The notes under the pieces are model-generated. The model worked only from the letters and a program-made list of their open reading frames with translations. It did not search any database and had not been told where the DNA came from. The translations under genes were made by a program, and so were the position numbers. Below, piece after piece: positions 42,261 through 51,384 of a stretch of 64,000 nt of DNA. Position 1 is the first letter of the stretch. Each line of letters starts with the position of its first letter. The DNA comes from an uncultured Gemmatimonadales bacterium (lineage in GTDB: Bacteria > Gemmatimonadota > Gemmatimonadetes > Gemmatimonadales > Gemmatimonadaceae). The stretch is taken from assembly GCA_963793305.1 (NCBI GenBank), contig CAWBZV010000005.1, positions 704,001-768,000 of the forward strand, written 5' to 3'.

Positions 42261-43391
42261 GTGACTGGTGCAGAATTCGCGTCAAGATACACTGTCCTGA
42301 AGCCCCTCGACCAGCGGGCGGTGCGGTCCTTCGTCGCGCAAGAGCAGTCTACGCGTCGGGCCGTCATGGTCCATTGGCTCGATCAGCTGAGCGCATCGGA
42401 CCGTGCGGCGATGCTCGCGCGCCTCGATCGTCTTCCGGCCGATGCGCGCGAGCGCGTGCTGGCCGTCGAGAACGTCGATGGCGCGCCGGTGGTCGTCACG
42501 CGCATGATTCTCGACTTCGATTCGTTCGGGAAATGGCTGGATCGCGTGGCTCCCCCCCCGTCGGGGGGATTCACGGATATCTTCGTCTCGTCCGGCACCC
42601 CCAGGGGGGCGCCCGTGGCCGAGATTGACTCGCCGACAATGTCATGGACCCCACCTTCGGTCCCAAAGACACCCCCTCCGCCAGAGCCCAAGTCGGAGCC
42701 TAAGCCACACGCCGCCCCGGCTATCTCCGTCAGATTTCGTGAGCCAGGTAGTGGCCCAAAGCCACCAGCGGCGCCTCCGCCGAAGCCTCCCACGGCGCCT
42801 CCACCGAAGCCTCCCGCGGCTCCTCCTCCACCTCCGTCCAAGGCGGCCCCTGGGGAGTTCACCAGGATTTTCGGCGCTACCCGCTCTGAACCAGACCCTG
42901 CGCCACCGGCACCCCAGTTCATGCCGCCTCCGCCGCCAATGCCATCGGGCGGCAGTAGCGGAGCCGCGCCGAGCGCCACGTCGGCCATGGAGCGCGTCGT
43001 AGCCCCGCCACCGCGGCCGGCGGCGCCCCCTCCGCCGCCACTATCGCCGTCGAGCCCTTGGTCGGGTCCGCCGCCGGTTGTCCCACTTCCGCCGTCCCAG
43101 TCAGGCTCGGCGACCCCTATGCCGGGGGCGAACATCAACCTGCCCCCGTCGGCACCGGTCATGCCCGCTCAACCGGTCCAGAGCGACTTTACGCGGATCA
43201 TTGGCGCCGCTGGCCCGTCACCAGTCGCTCCTGTGACGCCGGCCGCCCCAGCTCCGGCTCCAGCTCCCGCTCCGACACCGGCACCCGTCGCTGCCGCGAG
43301 CAAAAAGATCGCGGCCGTGCTTCTGGGCTTCGGAGCCCTACTGGTCGCGGCCCTCGGACTGGTGATAATGGCCCTTTTTAAGCGCCACTAG
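42261..43391 (+). CDS. Hypothetical protein: kinase-N-lobe-like N-terminus, Pro-rich region with FTxIF/I motifs, C-terminal TM anchor
   Basis: SRYTVLKPL...SFVAQEQSTRRAVMVH resembles kinase subdomains I-II without the Gly-loop or catalytic Lys; no HRD/DFG. C-terminal IAAVLLGFGALLVAALGLVIMALFKRH. Lies antisense between the two tssK genes. Confidence 0.65.
   Translation: MTGAEFASRYTVLKPLDQRAVRSFVAQEQSTRRAVMVHWLDQLSASDRAAMLARLDRLPADARERVLAVENVDGAPVVVTRMILDFDSFGKWLDRVAPPPSGGFTDIFVSSGTPRGAPVAEIDSPTMSWTPPSVPKTPPPPEPKSEPKPHAAPAISVRFREPGSGPKPPAAPPPKPPTAPPPKPPAAPPPPPSKAAPGEFTRIFGATRSEPDPAPPAPQFMPPPPPMPSGGSSGAAPSATSAMERVVAPPPRPAAPPPPPLSPSSPWSGPPPVVPLPPSQSGSATPMPGANINLPPSAPVMPAQPVQSDFTRIIGAAGPSPVAPVTPAAPAPAPAPAPTPAPVAAASKKIAAVLLGFGALLVAALGLVIMALFKRH
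42759..42830 (+). repeat. Three imperfect 24-bp tandem repeats encoding KPP(A/T)APPP
   Basis: aagccaccagcggcgcctccgccg / aagcctcccacggcgcctccaccg / aagcctcccgcggctcctcctcca. Confidence 0.7.
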
Positions 43392-44745
43392 ACGGCAGCA
43401 CCAGAACCAATTCGAGGTCTGGATCGGGCAGGTCCGCGGGGACGTGGACGGCGATGTTGCGCGCCTTGATCACGGCATCCCACTCGGGTCCGCCCTTCGT
43501 GATCTGGAAGTACTGCGAATTGACCTTGATGGCGACGGCGGCAGGCGGCGAGGGAGTATGCGTCAGCGGCAGCCCCGTGAGCGCCTGCCTGACGAGCAGG
43601 TCGATCCGCTCGGCCGAAGCGACTTTCACGACCTGCGGGACGCGCCTGATGATGTCGGCCTGCGACGCGCCCGCTTTGACCGCCAGGTAGAACTGGGGCG
43701 CCTGCACATATTGTTCGCGATCCAACGCGGCAGCATACACTGATGCCCGTACCCGCTTCATGGGCAAGGATACATAGCGCGCCGGCACCACAGTCTCGAG
43801 CAACTCGCGCAGCATCACGTCGAGCTTGCCAAAGCACGTCGTGAGATCATCGTGCGCGTAGGTCGGCAGGTCGCGTGGATGAATCGTTCCCGAGAACGTC
43901 GTCAGCGCACCGGCCAGCGCGAGCATGGCGGAATAGAGCTCGCCCGGGTGACCGCGTCGGACCTCTTGGATATGGCGCAGCGAGGGATAGTGGGTATTGA
44001 TCGTGTACAGCAGCCAAAAATTCGCGACATCCGAGATGCTGAACTCGGCCAGGGTTTGATTCTTTTGTCTCCGAGAGCCCGAGAGCGTTGTGCTTTTCGC
44101 CCCTAGAATCTCGACCAGCCGCGCGACGATCAACGAAAGCGATTCACTGGCTCCCACGTCCAGCAGCGGAGGGATGAACGAGGGATCGACCGTTACCTCA
44201 CCGCTGGCCGACTTGCGGAGCCGGGCGACCGGCATGGCGATGCTGCCATCGGTGGACTCCCCCTCCAACAAGAAACGCAGATTCTTCCGCGCCACCTGAA
44301 TCGGCTTCTCGGCCAGCCCGGTGTTTTCATCCCGCCGCATAACAACGTCCGGCCGAAACCGGGTGAAAGCGTCGGACGAGGAGGCGGACGCGACCGAGAC
44401 ATTGTGTCCGCCCGGTTGGTATTCCGGAACGGCCAGCGAGACGATGAGGCTGTCTTTATCCTGCTCCCACATGCCCTCGAGTGGCTTGGGCGGCGGCGGT
44501 GCGTCGACCGCGGGCACGTCGAACGGCAGGCCGTCCGGGAACGAGCCGGCGGCTTCGGTGATGGCGAACACGCCGGAGGCCAACGCTTCGCGGTCGATCG
44601 CGAGCCGCTGGAACCCCCAGGGGCTGAACGTCAACATGTTCAGCCGGAAATCGATCAGGTCTTCGTAATAGCGATCCTGGATCTGCAAGTGCTGCGGACT
44701 GAGGACCAATCCTTTTGTCCAGAGCACCGGCTGCATCTGTCTCAT
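43378..44745 (-). CDS. tssK: T6SS baseplate protein TssK, copy 2
   Basis: PVLWTKGLVLSPQHLQIQDRY, FPDGLPF, FIPPLL, VANFWLL, HPGELY..LAGALTTF, YAHDDL. Confidence 0.9.
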   Translation of the reverse strand: MRQMQPVLWTKGLVLSPQHLQIQDRYYEDLIDFRLNMLTFSPWGFQRLAIDREALASGVFAITEAAGSFPDGLPFDVPAVDAPPPPKPLEGMWEQDKDSLIVSLAVPEYQPGGHNVSVASASSSDAFTRFRPDVVMRRDENTGLAEKPIQVARKNLRFLLEGESTDGSIAMPVARLRKSASGEVTVDPSFIPPLLDVGASESLSLIVARLVEILGAKSTTLSGSRRQKNQTLAEFSISDVANFWLLYTINTHYPSLRHIQEVRRGHPGELYSAMLALAGALTTFSGTIHPRDLPTYAHDDLTTCFGKLDVMLRELLETVVPARYVSLPMKRVRASVYAAALDREQYVQAPQFYLAVKAGASQADIIRRVPQVVKVASAERIDLLVRQALTGLPLTHTPSPPAAVAIKVNSQYFQITKGGPEWDAVIKARNIAVHVPADLPDPDLELVLVLPSSGA

Positions 44746-44792
44746 AGTGAGCCCGATCAGCAATATTAGGCGGCCATGCGTCGCCATAGTCT

Positions 44793-46271
44793 ATGACCAG
44801 CCTTCGAGCCCTGCCACGCCTGGAGCGGCCCGACGATACGCGCGCCGTCCGGGACGCGCTGCTCGATGCTGGCTACACGGTCCCTAACGTGTGCGCCCGC
44901 GTGGGTCGCGAGAGCATCTACGACGCCTGGGGGCGTGCCATCCCGGACGACGCGCCACTGGATGATGCGCTCGACGCGCTGATTTGGCTCTTTCTCGACT
45001 CTCGCCGGGTACCGATCGCGGCCGCGAAATCACTGCTCGGCCCGTCTCTGTGGGAGTCTCTCGCGCGGCTCGATCTCGTCCGCCCGGTCGACGCCGCGTT
45101 GTGCGGGGCGACCGCCCTGATGGTCCCGACGGAGTCGCTGTTGGTCGCGTCCGACCTCCCGGGCTTCGACCATGACCCGCTGCCGAACGACGCCGTCTAT
45201 CCGGCGATCACGAAGAACACGCGCGCGTTCCTCGCCTCGCTGCCGCGCACGCCATGCGACCGGTTTCTCGAGATATGCGCCGGCAGCGGCATTGCGGCCT
45301 TGTTAGCCGCGCCCAATGCCACGCATGCCTGGGCGGCCGATTTGACCGAACGGTCGACTCATTTCGCGCGCTTCAACGCCCAACTGAACGGCTTCGACAA
45401 TTTCACCGCCGTGGCGGGCGACCTGTACGAGCCAGTCGCCGGGTCGACCTTCGATCGCATAGCGGCCCATCCCCCGTATGTGCCCACCGCCGACACGGCG
45501 GTGATCTACCGTGATGGGGGCGAAGACGGCGAGTCGATCAGCCGTCGAGTGATCAAAGAGCTGCCGCCCTATCTCGCGCCCGGTGGCGTGTGCTACTGCA
45601 CCTGTGTCGCCACCGACCGCGTCGGCGCACCCCTCGAGGCGCGGGTCCGTGAGTGGCTCGGCCCCGCTGGGGACGAGCTGGATGTCGTCATGGTCGTCCT
45701 CCGCTCCTCGGCGCCCGAGGAGCGCATCTCAGAGCTCGTCTCCGAGGGTATGCTCGATCCAGCCGAGGCCGAACGGCGGGTGGCGCCACTTACGGCTATG
45801 GGCATCGAGCGCCAGGTCTACGTCTCGATGGCCTTCCGGCGGCACGAGGGAGGCCGCCGCGCCATCACGTCCCGCCGTGTGCTCGGCAAGCGCGTCAGTC
45901 CTGGCATGCTCGGTCGCCTCGTTCGGTGGGAATCCGAGCTCGCGGACCCGAGCCAGCTGCCGGCCCTGATGACGATGCGACTCAAAGTCACGCCCGATAC
46001 CACGCGCCAGACCGTCGAGCGGCTGTCGGGTGGCGCCTGGGAGCCCGCGGCGCGACACCTGACCCGAGAACGGCCGTTCTTGGTGCGCGCTGAGTATGAT
46101 CCGGCGGTCGGTGCGTTATTGTCCCGGGTGGACACTGCTGGGCAATGCACGGTGCGCGAGCACTGGGAGTCAATGCGTCAGGCCGGGGTGATTCCGGCGA
46201 ATGTCGACGAATGGACATTCGCCGCTGTCGTGCGGTCCCTCGCGGCTCCGGGGATTGTCGATAACACTTGA
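44793..46271 (+). CDS. Class I SAM-dependent methyltransferase (HemK/MTS-like core with N- and C-terminal extensions)
   Basis: Motif I FLEICAGSGIAA; ARFNAQLNG; GDLYEPV; HPPYVP in place of NPPY; YRDGGEDGE; YLAPGG. Confidence 0.8.
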   Translation: MTSLRALPRLERPDDTRAVRDALLDAGYTVPNVCARVGRESIYDAWGRAIPDDAPLDDALDALIWLFLDSRRVPIAAAKSLLGPSLWESLARLDLVRPVDAALCGATALMVPTESLLVASDLPGFDHDPLPNDAVYPAITKNTRAFLASLPRTPCDRFLEICAGSGIAALLAAPNATHAWAADLTERSTHFARFNAQLNGFDNFTAVAGDLYEPVAGSTFDRIAAHPPYVPTADTAVIYRDGGEDGESISRRVIKELPPYLAPGGVCYCTCVATDRVGAPLEARVREWLGPAGDELDVVMVVLRSSAPEERISELVSEGMLDPAEAERRVAPLTAMGIERQVYVSMAFRRHEGGRRAITSRRVLGKRVSPGMLGRLVRWESELADPSQLPALMTMRLKVTPDTTRQTVERLSGGAWEPAARHLTRERPFLVRAEYDPAVGALLSRVDTAGQCTVREHWESMRQAGVIPANVDEWTFAAVVRSLAAPGIVDNT

Positions 46272-46283
46272 CGGGCCATTTGC

Positions 46284-46312
46284 TTGACACCCGAATACAC
46301 AACGCGTACCCT
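46284..46312 (+). promoter_or_regulatory. Putative sigma70 promoter of the tssB-PAAR operon
   Basis: TTGACA (46284-46289), exactly 17 nt, TACCCT (TAnnnT; 46307-46312); GGAG RBS at 46327-46330 before the GTG at 46337. Confidence 0.6.
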
Positions 46313-46336
46313 GGGACCACTTTAACGGAGTGCATC

Positions 46337-46858
46337 GTGGCGAAGGAAAGCACGCAAAAGAAGCTCGAGCGGGTTCGGCCCCCGCGCGTCAACATCACCT
46401 ACGATGTGGAGCTCGGTGGCGCCATCGAGATGAAGGAGCTCCCCTTCGTTATGGGAGTGCTAGGCGACTTCAGCGGCCAGCCCAGCGAGCCGTTGGCCCG
46501 TTTGCAGGATCGCAAGTTTGTCGACGTGACGCTCGACAACTTCAATGACGTGCTGGCGAGCATGAAGCCGCATTTGGCGTACGCGGTCGACAACAAGCTG
46601 ACCGGCGAAGCGAATGCTGGTAAACTCGGCATCGATTTGACATTTAAGAGTCTGGACGACTTCTCGCCGGAAGCAGTCGCCCGTCAGGTCGGGCCGCTCC
46701 GCGAGTTGCTCGAGCTTCGCCAGAAGCTGGCCGATCTCCGCGGGTCACTGCAGGGTAACGTCAAGCTCGACGAGATCTTGCAAGCAACACTTAGTGATGA
46801 CGAGAAGATGAAGCAGCTTAAAGCCGAGCTCGGTACTGGAGGTGGCGATGGCCAGTAA
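46337..46858 (+). CDS. tssB: T6SS contractile sheath small subunit
   Basis: STQKKLERVRPPRVNITYDVE, ELPFVMGVLGDFSG, F.SLDDFSPEAVARQV..LRELLELRQKLADL. Confidence 0.95.
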   Translation: MAKESTQKKLERVRPPRVNITYDVELGGAIEMKELPFVMGVLGDFSGQPSEPLARLQDRKFVDVTLDNFNDVLASMKPHLAYAVDNKLTGEANAGKLGIDLTFKSLDDFSPEAVARQVGPLRELLELRQKLADLRGSLQGNVKLDEILQATLSDDEKMKQLKAELGTGGGDGQ

Positions 46859-48344
46859 GGCGGAAGCGGCGGCTCAGGCGCAGGAGACGACCGCGGCGGC
46901 ACCGGCTGCCGAAGTCAGTCTGCTCGACCAGATCGTCGACAAGGGCAAGATGGGTCGCGACGTGGAGTCCAAGGCGCGCGGCAAAGACATCATCAAGGAA
47001 TTCGTGAGCCAGGTGCTCCAGGGGTCGATGACGATAGCCCCGGACACTGAAGTGATGCTCAATGCGCGCATCGCGCAGATCGACCGCTTGCTGTCGGCGC
47101 AGCTGAACGAAGTGATGCACGCCCCGGAGTTCCAAAAACTGGAAGCCTCGTGGCGCGGCCTGCACTACATGCTGCAGAACACCGAGACGAGCGAGCAGCT
47201 CAAGATCAAAGTCTTCAACGTGTCCAAGAAGGACCTGTTGAAAGACTTCCAGCGCGCGACCGATTTCGATCAGAGCGCGTTGTTCAAGAAGGTCTACGAA
47301 GAAGAATTTGGTATTTTTGGCGGATCACCATTTGGTGCGTTGGTTGGTGATTATGAGTTTGGGCGCACCGGCCCGGATATCGAGTTGCTGGAGCGTCTCT
47401 CGAACGTCGCGGCCGCGTCCCACGCGCCATTTCTGACGGCCGCCAGCCCTGAGATGCTCAACCTGGACGACTTCACGAAGCTCGATCAGCCGCGTGATAT
47501 CGCCAAGATCTTCGACTCGGGCGAGTACGCCCGGTGGAAGACGTTCCGCGCCAGTGAAGATTCGCGCTATGTCGCGCTGACGCTCCCGCGCATGCTTCTG
47601 CGGGAGCCGTACGGCAGCAAGACCGTGCCCGTCGAGGCGTTCGGGTACGAGGAACAGGTGGACGGCACGGATCACTCGAAGTATCTGTGGGGCAATGCCG
47701 CCTGGGCGCTGGCGACCCGCGCGACCAATGCGTTTGCGAGCTACGGATGGTGCGCCACGATTCGAGGCGTCGAAAGTGGCGGGTTGGTCGAAGGGCTGCC
47801 CGTCCATTCGTTCAAGACCGACTCCGGCGACGTGGCCATGAAGTGCCCGACGGAGATGCCGATCACCGATCGCCGTGAGAAAGAGCTGGCGGACCAGGGA
47901 TTCGTCCCACTCGTGCACTGCAAGGGCACGGCGAACGCGGCCTTCTTCAGCGTGCAATCGGCGCAGAAACCGAAGGTGTACAACACGGATGCCGCGACGG
48001 CGAACGCCCGTATATCGGCACAGCTACCGTACATCTTCGCCGTGTCACGGTTCGCGCACTATCTCAAATCGATGATGCGGGACAAGATTGGTGGGTACAT
48101 GAGCCGAGGTGAGGTGCAGTCTTACCTTACTAACTGGATAGCGAACTACGTCGTGGCCAATGACGACGCACCAATGTCGGTCAAGGCCAAAAGGCCGCTG
48201 AAGGAGGCCAGTATCGAAGTGCAGGAAGTGCCGGGCAAGCCAGGGGTGTACAGAGCAGTCACATTCCTCCGCCCACACTTCCAGCTCGACGAACTGAGCG
48301 TCTCGATGCGCCTGGTCGCGGAACTACCCGCGGCGGCGAAGTAG
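46848..48344 (+). CDS. tssC: T6SS contractile sheath large subunit
   Basis: FQKLEASWRGL, LFKKVYEEEFG.FGGSPFG, AASHAPF, YLWGNAA, GGLVEGLP, CPTE..ITDRREKEL, LPYIFAVSRFAHYLK, LRPHFQL. Confidence 0.96.
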   Translation: MASKAEAAAQAQETTAAAPAAEVSLLDQIVDKGKMGRDVESKARGKDIIKEFVSQVLQGSMTIAPDTEVMLNARIAQIDRLLSAQLNEVMHAPEFQKLEASWRGLHYMLQNTETSEQLKIKVFNVSKKDLLKDFQRATDFDQSALFKKVYEEEFGIFGGSPFGALVGDYEFGRTGPDIELLERLSNVAAASHAPFLTAASPEMLNLDDFTKLDQPRDIAKIFDSGEYARWKTFRASEDSRYVALTLPRMLLREPYGSKTVPVEAFGYEEQVDGTDHSKYLWGNAAWALATRATNAFASYGWCATIRGVESGGLVEGLPVHSFKTDSGDVAMKCPTEMPITDRREKELADQGFVPLVHCKGTANAAFFSVQSAQKPKVYNTDAATANARISAQLPYIFAVSRFAHYLKSMMRDKIGGYMSRGEVQSYLTNWIANYVVANDDAPMSVKAKRPLKEASIEVQEVPGKPGVYRAVTFLRPHFQLDELSVSMRLVAELPAAAK

Positions 48345-48402
48345 CTCCACGGGGCTCACGGTAGCTTATCAAATCACGTAGCACAGACGCGGGGATGCGA
48401 TC

Positions 48403-48894
48403 ATGGCAATGGACATGTACCTCCAGTTGGACAGCGTGACGGGCGAAGCGACACGCGCGAATTTTACGGGCTGGATCGAGCTGGATTCGTTCAGCTTCGG
48501 TGCCTCGAACCCGGTCAGCATCGGCACCGGCACAACCGGCGCTGGCGCTGGCAAGGCGTCACTCAGCTCGTTCAACGTGATGAAGCGGACGGACTCGTCG
48601 AGCCCGGTCCTCTTCCAGAAGTGTTGCAATGGGCAGCACTTCGCGAAGGCCTCGGTGGCGCTGAACAAGGCCGGTGGCAACACGGCCGTCAAGTTCCTGG
48701 TGTATGACTTCACGGAGCTGTACACCGAGAGCATTCAGTGGTCCGGTGGCGCGGGTGGCGATGACACGCCGGCGGAAGCGATCTCGTTCGCGTTCGCGTC
48801 GATCAACGTGACCTACACGCCGCAGAAGACGGACGGCACGGCTGGTTCCGCGGTCGTCGCGGGCTGGGATGTCAAGGCCAACGCCAAGATCTAA
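48403..48894 (+). CDS. hcp: T6SS tube protein Hcp (TssD)
   Basis: DMYLQLD.V.GE, WIELDSFSFG, K.TDSSSP.L...CCNGQHF, EAISFAFA.I..TY..Q, GWDVKAN. Confidence 0.93.
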   Translation: MAMDMYLQLDSVTGEATRANFTGWIELDSFSFGASNPVSIGTGTTGAGAGKASLSSFNVMKRTDSSSPVLFQKCCNGQHFAKASVALNKAGGNTAVKFLVYDFTELYTESIQWSGGAGGDDTPAEAISFAFASINVTYTPQKTDGTAGSAVVAGWDVKANAKI

Positions 48895-48896
48895 GC

Positions 48897-49598
48897 ATGA
48901 AAGCGAGTGAGCTGCTGGCAGCGTCGCGGCTCACCGACGCGATAGAGTCGCTGGGCGTCGAACTTCGGAGCGATCCGACCGACGCCCAGCGGCGCAGTTT
49001 GTTGTTCGAGCTGCTGGCCTTTGCGGGCCAGTTCGACCGTGCCGAGAAGCAGTTAGACGTCCTGTCACAGCGCGGGCCGGAAGCAGGGATGGGCGCACTG
49101 CTCTATCGCGCCGCAACCCACGCCGAGCGGACGCGCGCCGACATGTTCCGTACCGGCTCCACTCCGGCGCACGGGTCCTCGGCATCCATTACCGGGACGC
49201 TCAACGGGAAGCCTTTTTCGTCGATCCGCGACGCCGATCCTCGCATCGGTGACCGACTCGAGGTGTTCGCCGCTGGTCAATACATGTGGCTTCCATTCGA
49301 GCACATTGCATCGATTCGGATAGCCCCGCCGAAGCGCCTCAGAGACACGTTGTGGACGCCGGCCATCCTGCGCACGGGCCCCAAGTTCAAGGGTGTTGAA
49401 TTGGGCGAGGTGCTCTTGCCCGTGCTGACGCCACTCGCGTTCGAGAGCGATGATGATACCGTGCGTCTGGGCCGCATGACCGAATGGATCGCGACCGATG
49501 ATGGTCTCGAAGTCCCCGTGGGGCAAAAGCTCCTGATGGTTGATGACGAGGAAATCCCGATCCTCGAAGTCCGCGAGCTGACGGTCACGTCGGCGTAG
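48897..49598 (+). CDS. tagJ: T6SS accessory protein TagJ (ImpE/SciE family)
   Basis: LRSDPTDAQRRSLLFELL..GQFDRAEKQL, DADPRIG, YMWLPF, PKRLRD.LW, RLGRMTEW, GQK. Confidence 0.85.
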   Translation: MKASELLAASRLTDAIESLGVELRSDPTDAQRRSLLFELLAFAGQFDRAEKQLDVLSQRGPEAGMGALLYRAATHAERTRADMFRTGSTPAHGSSASITGTLNGKPFSSIRDADPRIGDRLEVFAAGQYMWLPFEHIASIRIAPPKRLRDTLWTPAILRTGPKFKGVELGEVLLPVLTPLAFESDDDTVRLGRMTEWIATDDGLEVPVGQKLLMVDDEEIPILEVRELTVTSA

Positions 49599-49607
49599 GC
49601 GCTTCCT

Positions 49608-51380
49608 GTGGCTCTCCCCACCGCGGACCTGCTCGCCCCGATACCTGGCGACGCGCCGGCCGGCGCCGACCTTCGCTACGCGCCCACCTATACGCAGCTG
49701 ACGGAGGCGCGCCGGGAAGAGGACGACGCTCCACAGGGCGAGTGGAAGCGCGCGCGCAAAGTCGCGGAGTACGATGTCGTCGTGAAGGTGGCCACCGACG
49801 CGCTGGCCAAGAAGTCGAAAGACCTCATGATCGCGGCCTGGCTCACGGAAGCGCTCACCCGTCGCGAAGGATTCGCGGGACTCGCCTACGGCCTCGATCT
49901 CGTGCGCGGCCTCATCGACAAATACTGGGATGGCGTCTTCCCTGAGATCGATGAAGGCGATTTGGGCTTGCGGGTTCGTCCGCTGAACTGGATTGGCTCG
50001 GGCCTCGAGCCGAGCGTCAAAGCCGTCCCGCTCAATCGGGCAGGACACGACTTCATTACCTACACGCTCTCGCGCCAGCTCGGCTACGAGTCGGCCGTCA
50101 GTAGTGACAACACCAAGAAGGCCGCGCGCCAGAAGGAGATCGACGGCGGCAAAGTCCCGCCCGAGGAATTCGACAAATCGTTCGAGGGGACGCCCAAGGC
50201 GTGGTACAAGCAGCTGGTCGCCGCGATCGACAAGTCGAAAGCGTCGCTCGCGGCCCTCGACGCGCAGGGCAACGAGAAGTTCGGCGATGATGCTCCGAGC
50301 TTCAGCAAACTCCAGACAGCCCTCGAAGCCGTTCACCACCTGGCGTCTCAGCTACTCGAAAAGAAGCTCCTCGCCGAGCCGGACCCACCAGAAGTCGTCG
50401 CCGCCGAAGCCGCCGCCGCTGCCGTCGCCTCGGGCGCCCCGGCTCCAGCCGAGGGTGCGCCGCGCGTGATGTCGGCCGAGCCGACCGACATCAACGATGC
50501 GACGATGCGTGTCGTGAGCGCGGCCCGGTGGCTCCGCAAGAATAGCCCGGGGAACCCCGCCGCGTATCTGCTGCTCCGTGGCCTCCGCTGGGGCGAGGTG
50601 CGCGCCAATGGCCGCACGCCGAACCCGAAGCTCCTCGAGGCGCCCGGTGGCGAAATGCGCGTCAAGCTCAAGACGCTGATGATCGATGGCGCTTGGGATC
50701 AGCTCCTCGACGCTGCCGAGCAGGTGATGGGCACGCCCGCCGGACGCGGATGGCTCGATCTCCAGCGCTACACGCTCACCGCATGCGCTGGACTCGGCTC
50801 GACGTACGATGCGCCAGCAGGCGCCATTCGGGGCGCCTTGCGTTCGCTGTTGGCCGACATCCCGGATCTGCCGTCGATGTCGCTTATGGATGATCTCCCG
50901 GCGGCCAACGCGGACACGCGCTCCTGGCTCCAGGAGCTCGGCCCCGTGGCGACCAGCGAGAACGGCGCCGCCGCCGACGCCCCGAGCACCGCGCCAGCGG
51001 TGCCGGCGTCATACATAGACGAGAGAGTCCGAGTCGAAATCCAGGCGGGCCGTCCGGCGAAGGCGATCGATATCTTGATGCGCGAGATCGATCGCGAAAC
51101 CAGCCGCCGCGCGCGGTGGATGCGCCAGGCGCAGATCGCGCGCGTGATGGTCGATGCGGGCCTCGAGACCGTGGCCAAGCCGATCCTCGAGCAGCTCATG
51201 GCCGAGATCGAGAACCACAAACTCGAGGAGTGGGAAGCCGGCGAGCTCGTGGCGCAGCCCCTGGTGCTGCTCTGGCGCTGTCTCGACAAGCTCGCCGGCG
51301 ACGCCAACGCGAAGCAAACCCTGTATCTGCGGATCTGTAAGCTCGACGCGCGTCAGGCGATCGCGTTCGCGAAGCCGTAA
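49608..51380 (+). CDS. tssA: T6SS protein TssA (ImpA N-terminal domain plus long C-terminal region)
   Basis: LLAPIPGDAPAGADLRY, SKDL.IAAWLTEAL, YWDGVFP; C-terminal WLDLQRY, A..DTRSWL, LEEWE. Confidence 0.87.
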   Translation: MALPTADLLAPIPGDAPAGADLRYAPTYTQLTEARREEDDAPQGEWKRARKVAEYDVVVKVATDALAKKSKDLMIAAWLTEALTRREGFAGLAYGLDLVRGLIDKYWDGVFPEIDEGDLGLRVRPLNWIGSGLEPSVKAVPLNRAGHDFITYTLSRQLGYESAVSSDNTKKAARQKEIDGGKVPPEEFDKSFEGTPKAWYKQLVAAIDKSKASLAALDAQGNEKFGDDAPSFSKLQTALEAVHHLASQLLEKKLLAEPDPPEVVAAEAAAAAVASGAPAPAEGAPRVMSAEPTDINDATMRVVSAARWLRKNSPGNPAAYLLLRGLRWGEVRANGRTPNPKLLEAPGGEMRVKLKTLMIDGAWDQLLDAAEQVMGTPAGRGWLDLQRYTLTACAGLGSTYDAPAGAIRGALRSLLADIPDLPSMSLMDDLPAANADTRSWLQELGPVATSENGAAADAPSTAPAVPASYIDERVRVEIQAGRPAKAIDILMREIDRETSRRARWMRQAQIARVMVDAGLETVAKPILEQLMAEIENHKLEEWEAGELVAQPLVLLWRCLDKLAGDANAKQTLYLRICKLDARQAIAFAKP

Positions 51381-51384
51381 GACC

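Noticed and set aside
48342..48356. Small hairpin after tssC as a terminator
   Set aside because: Short stem, too small a loop and no poly-U tail.
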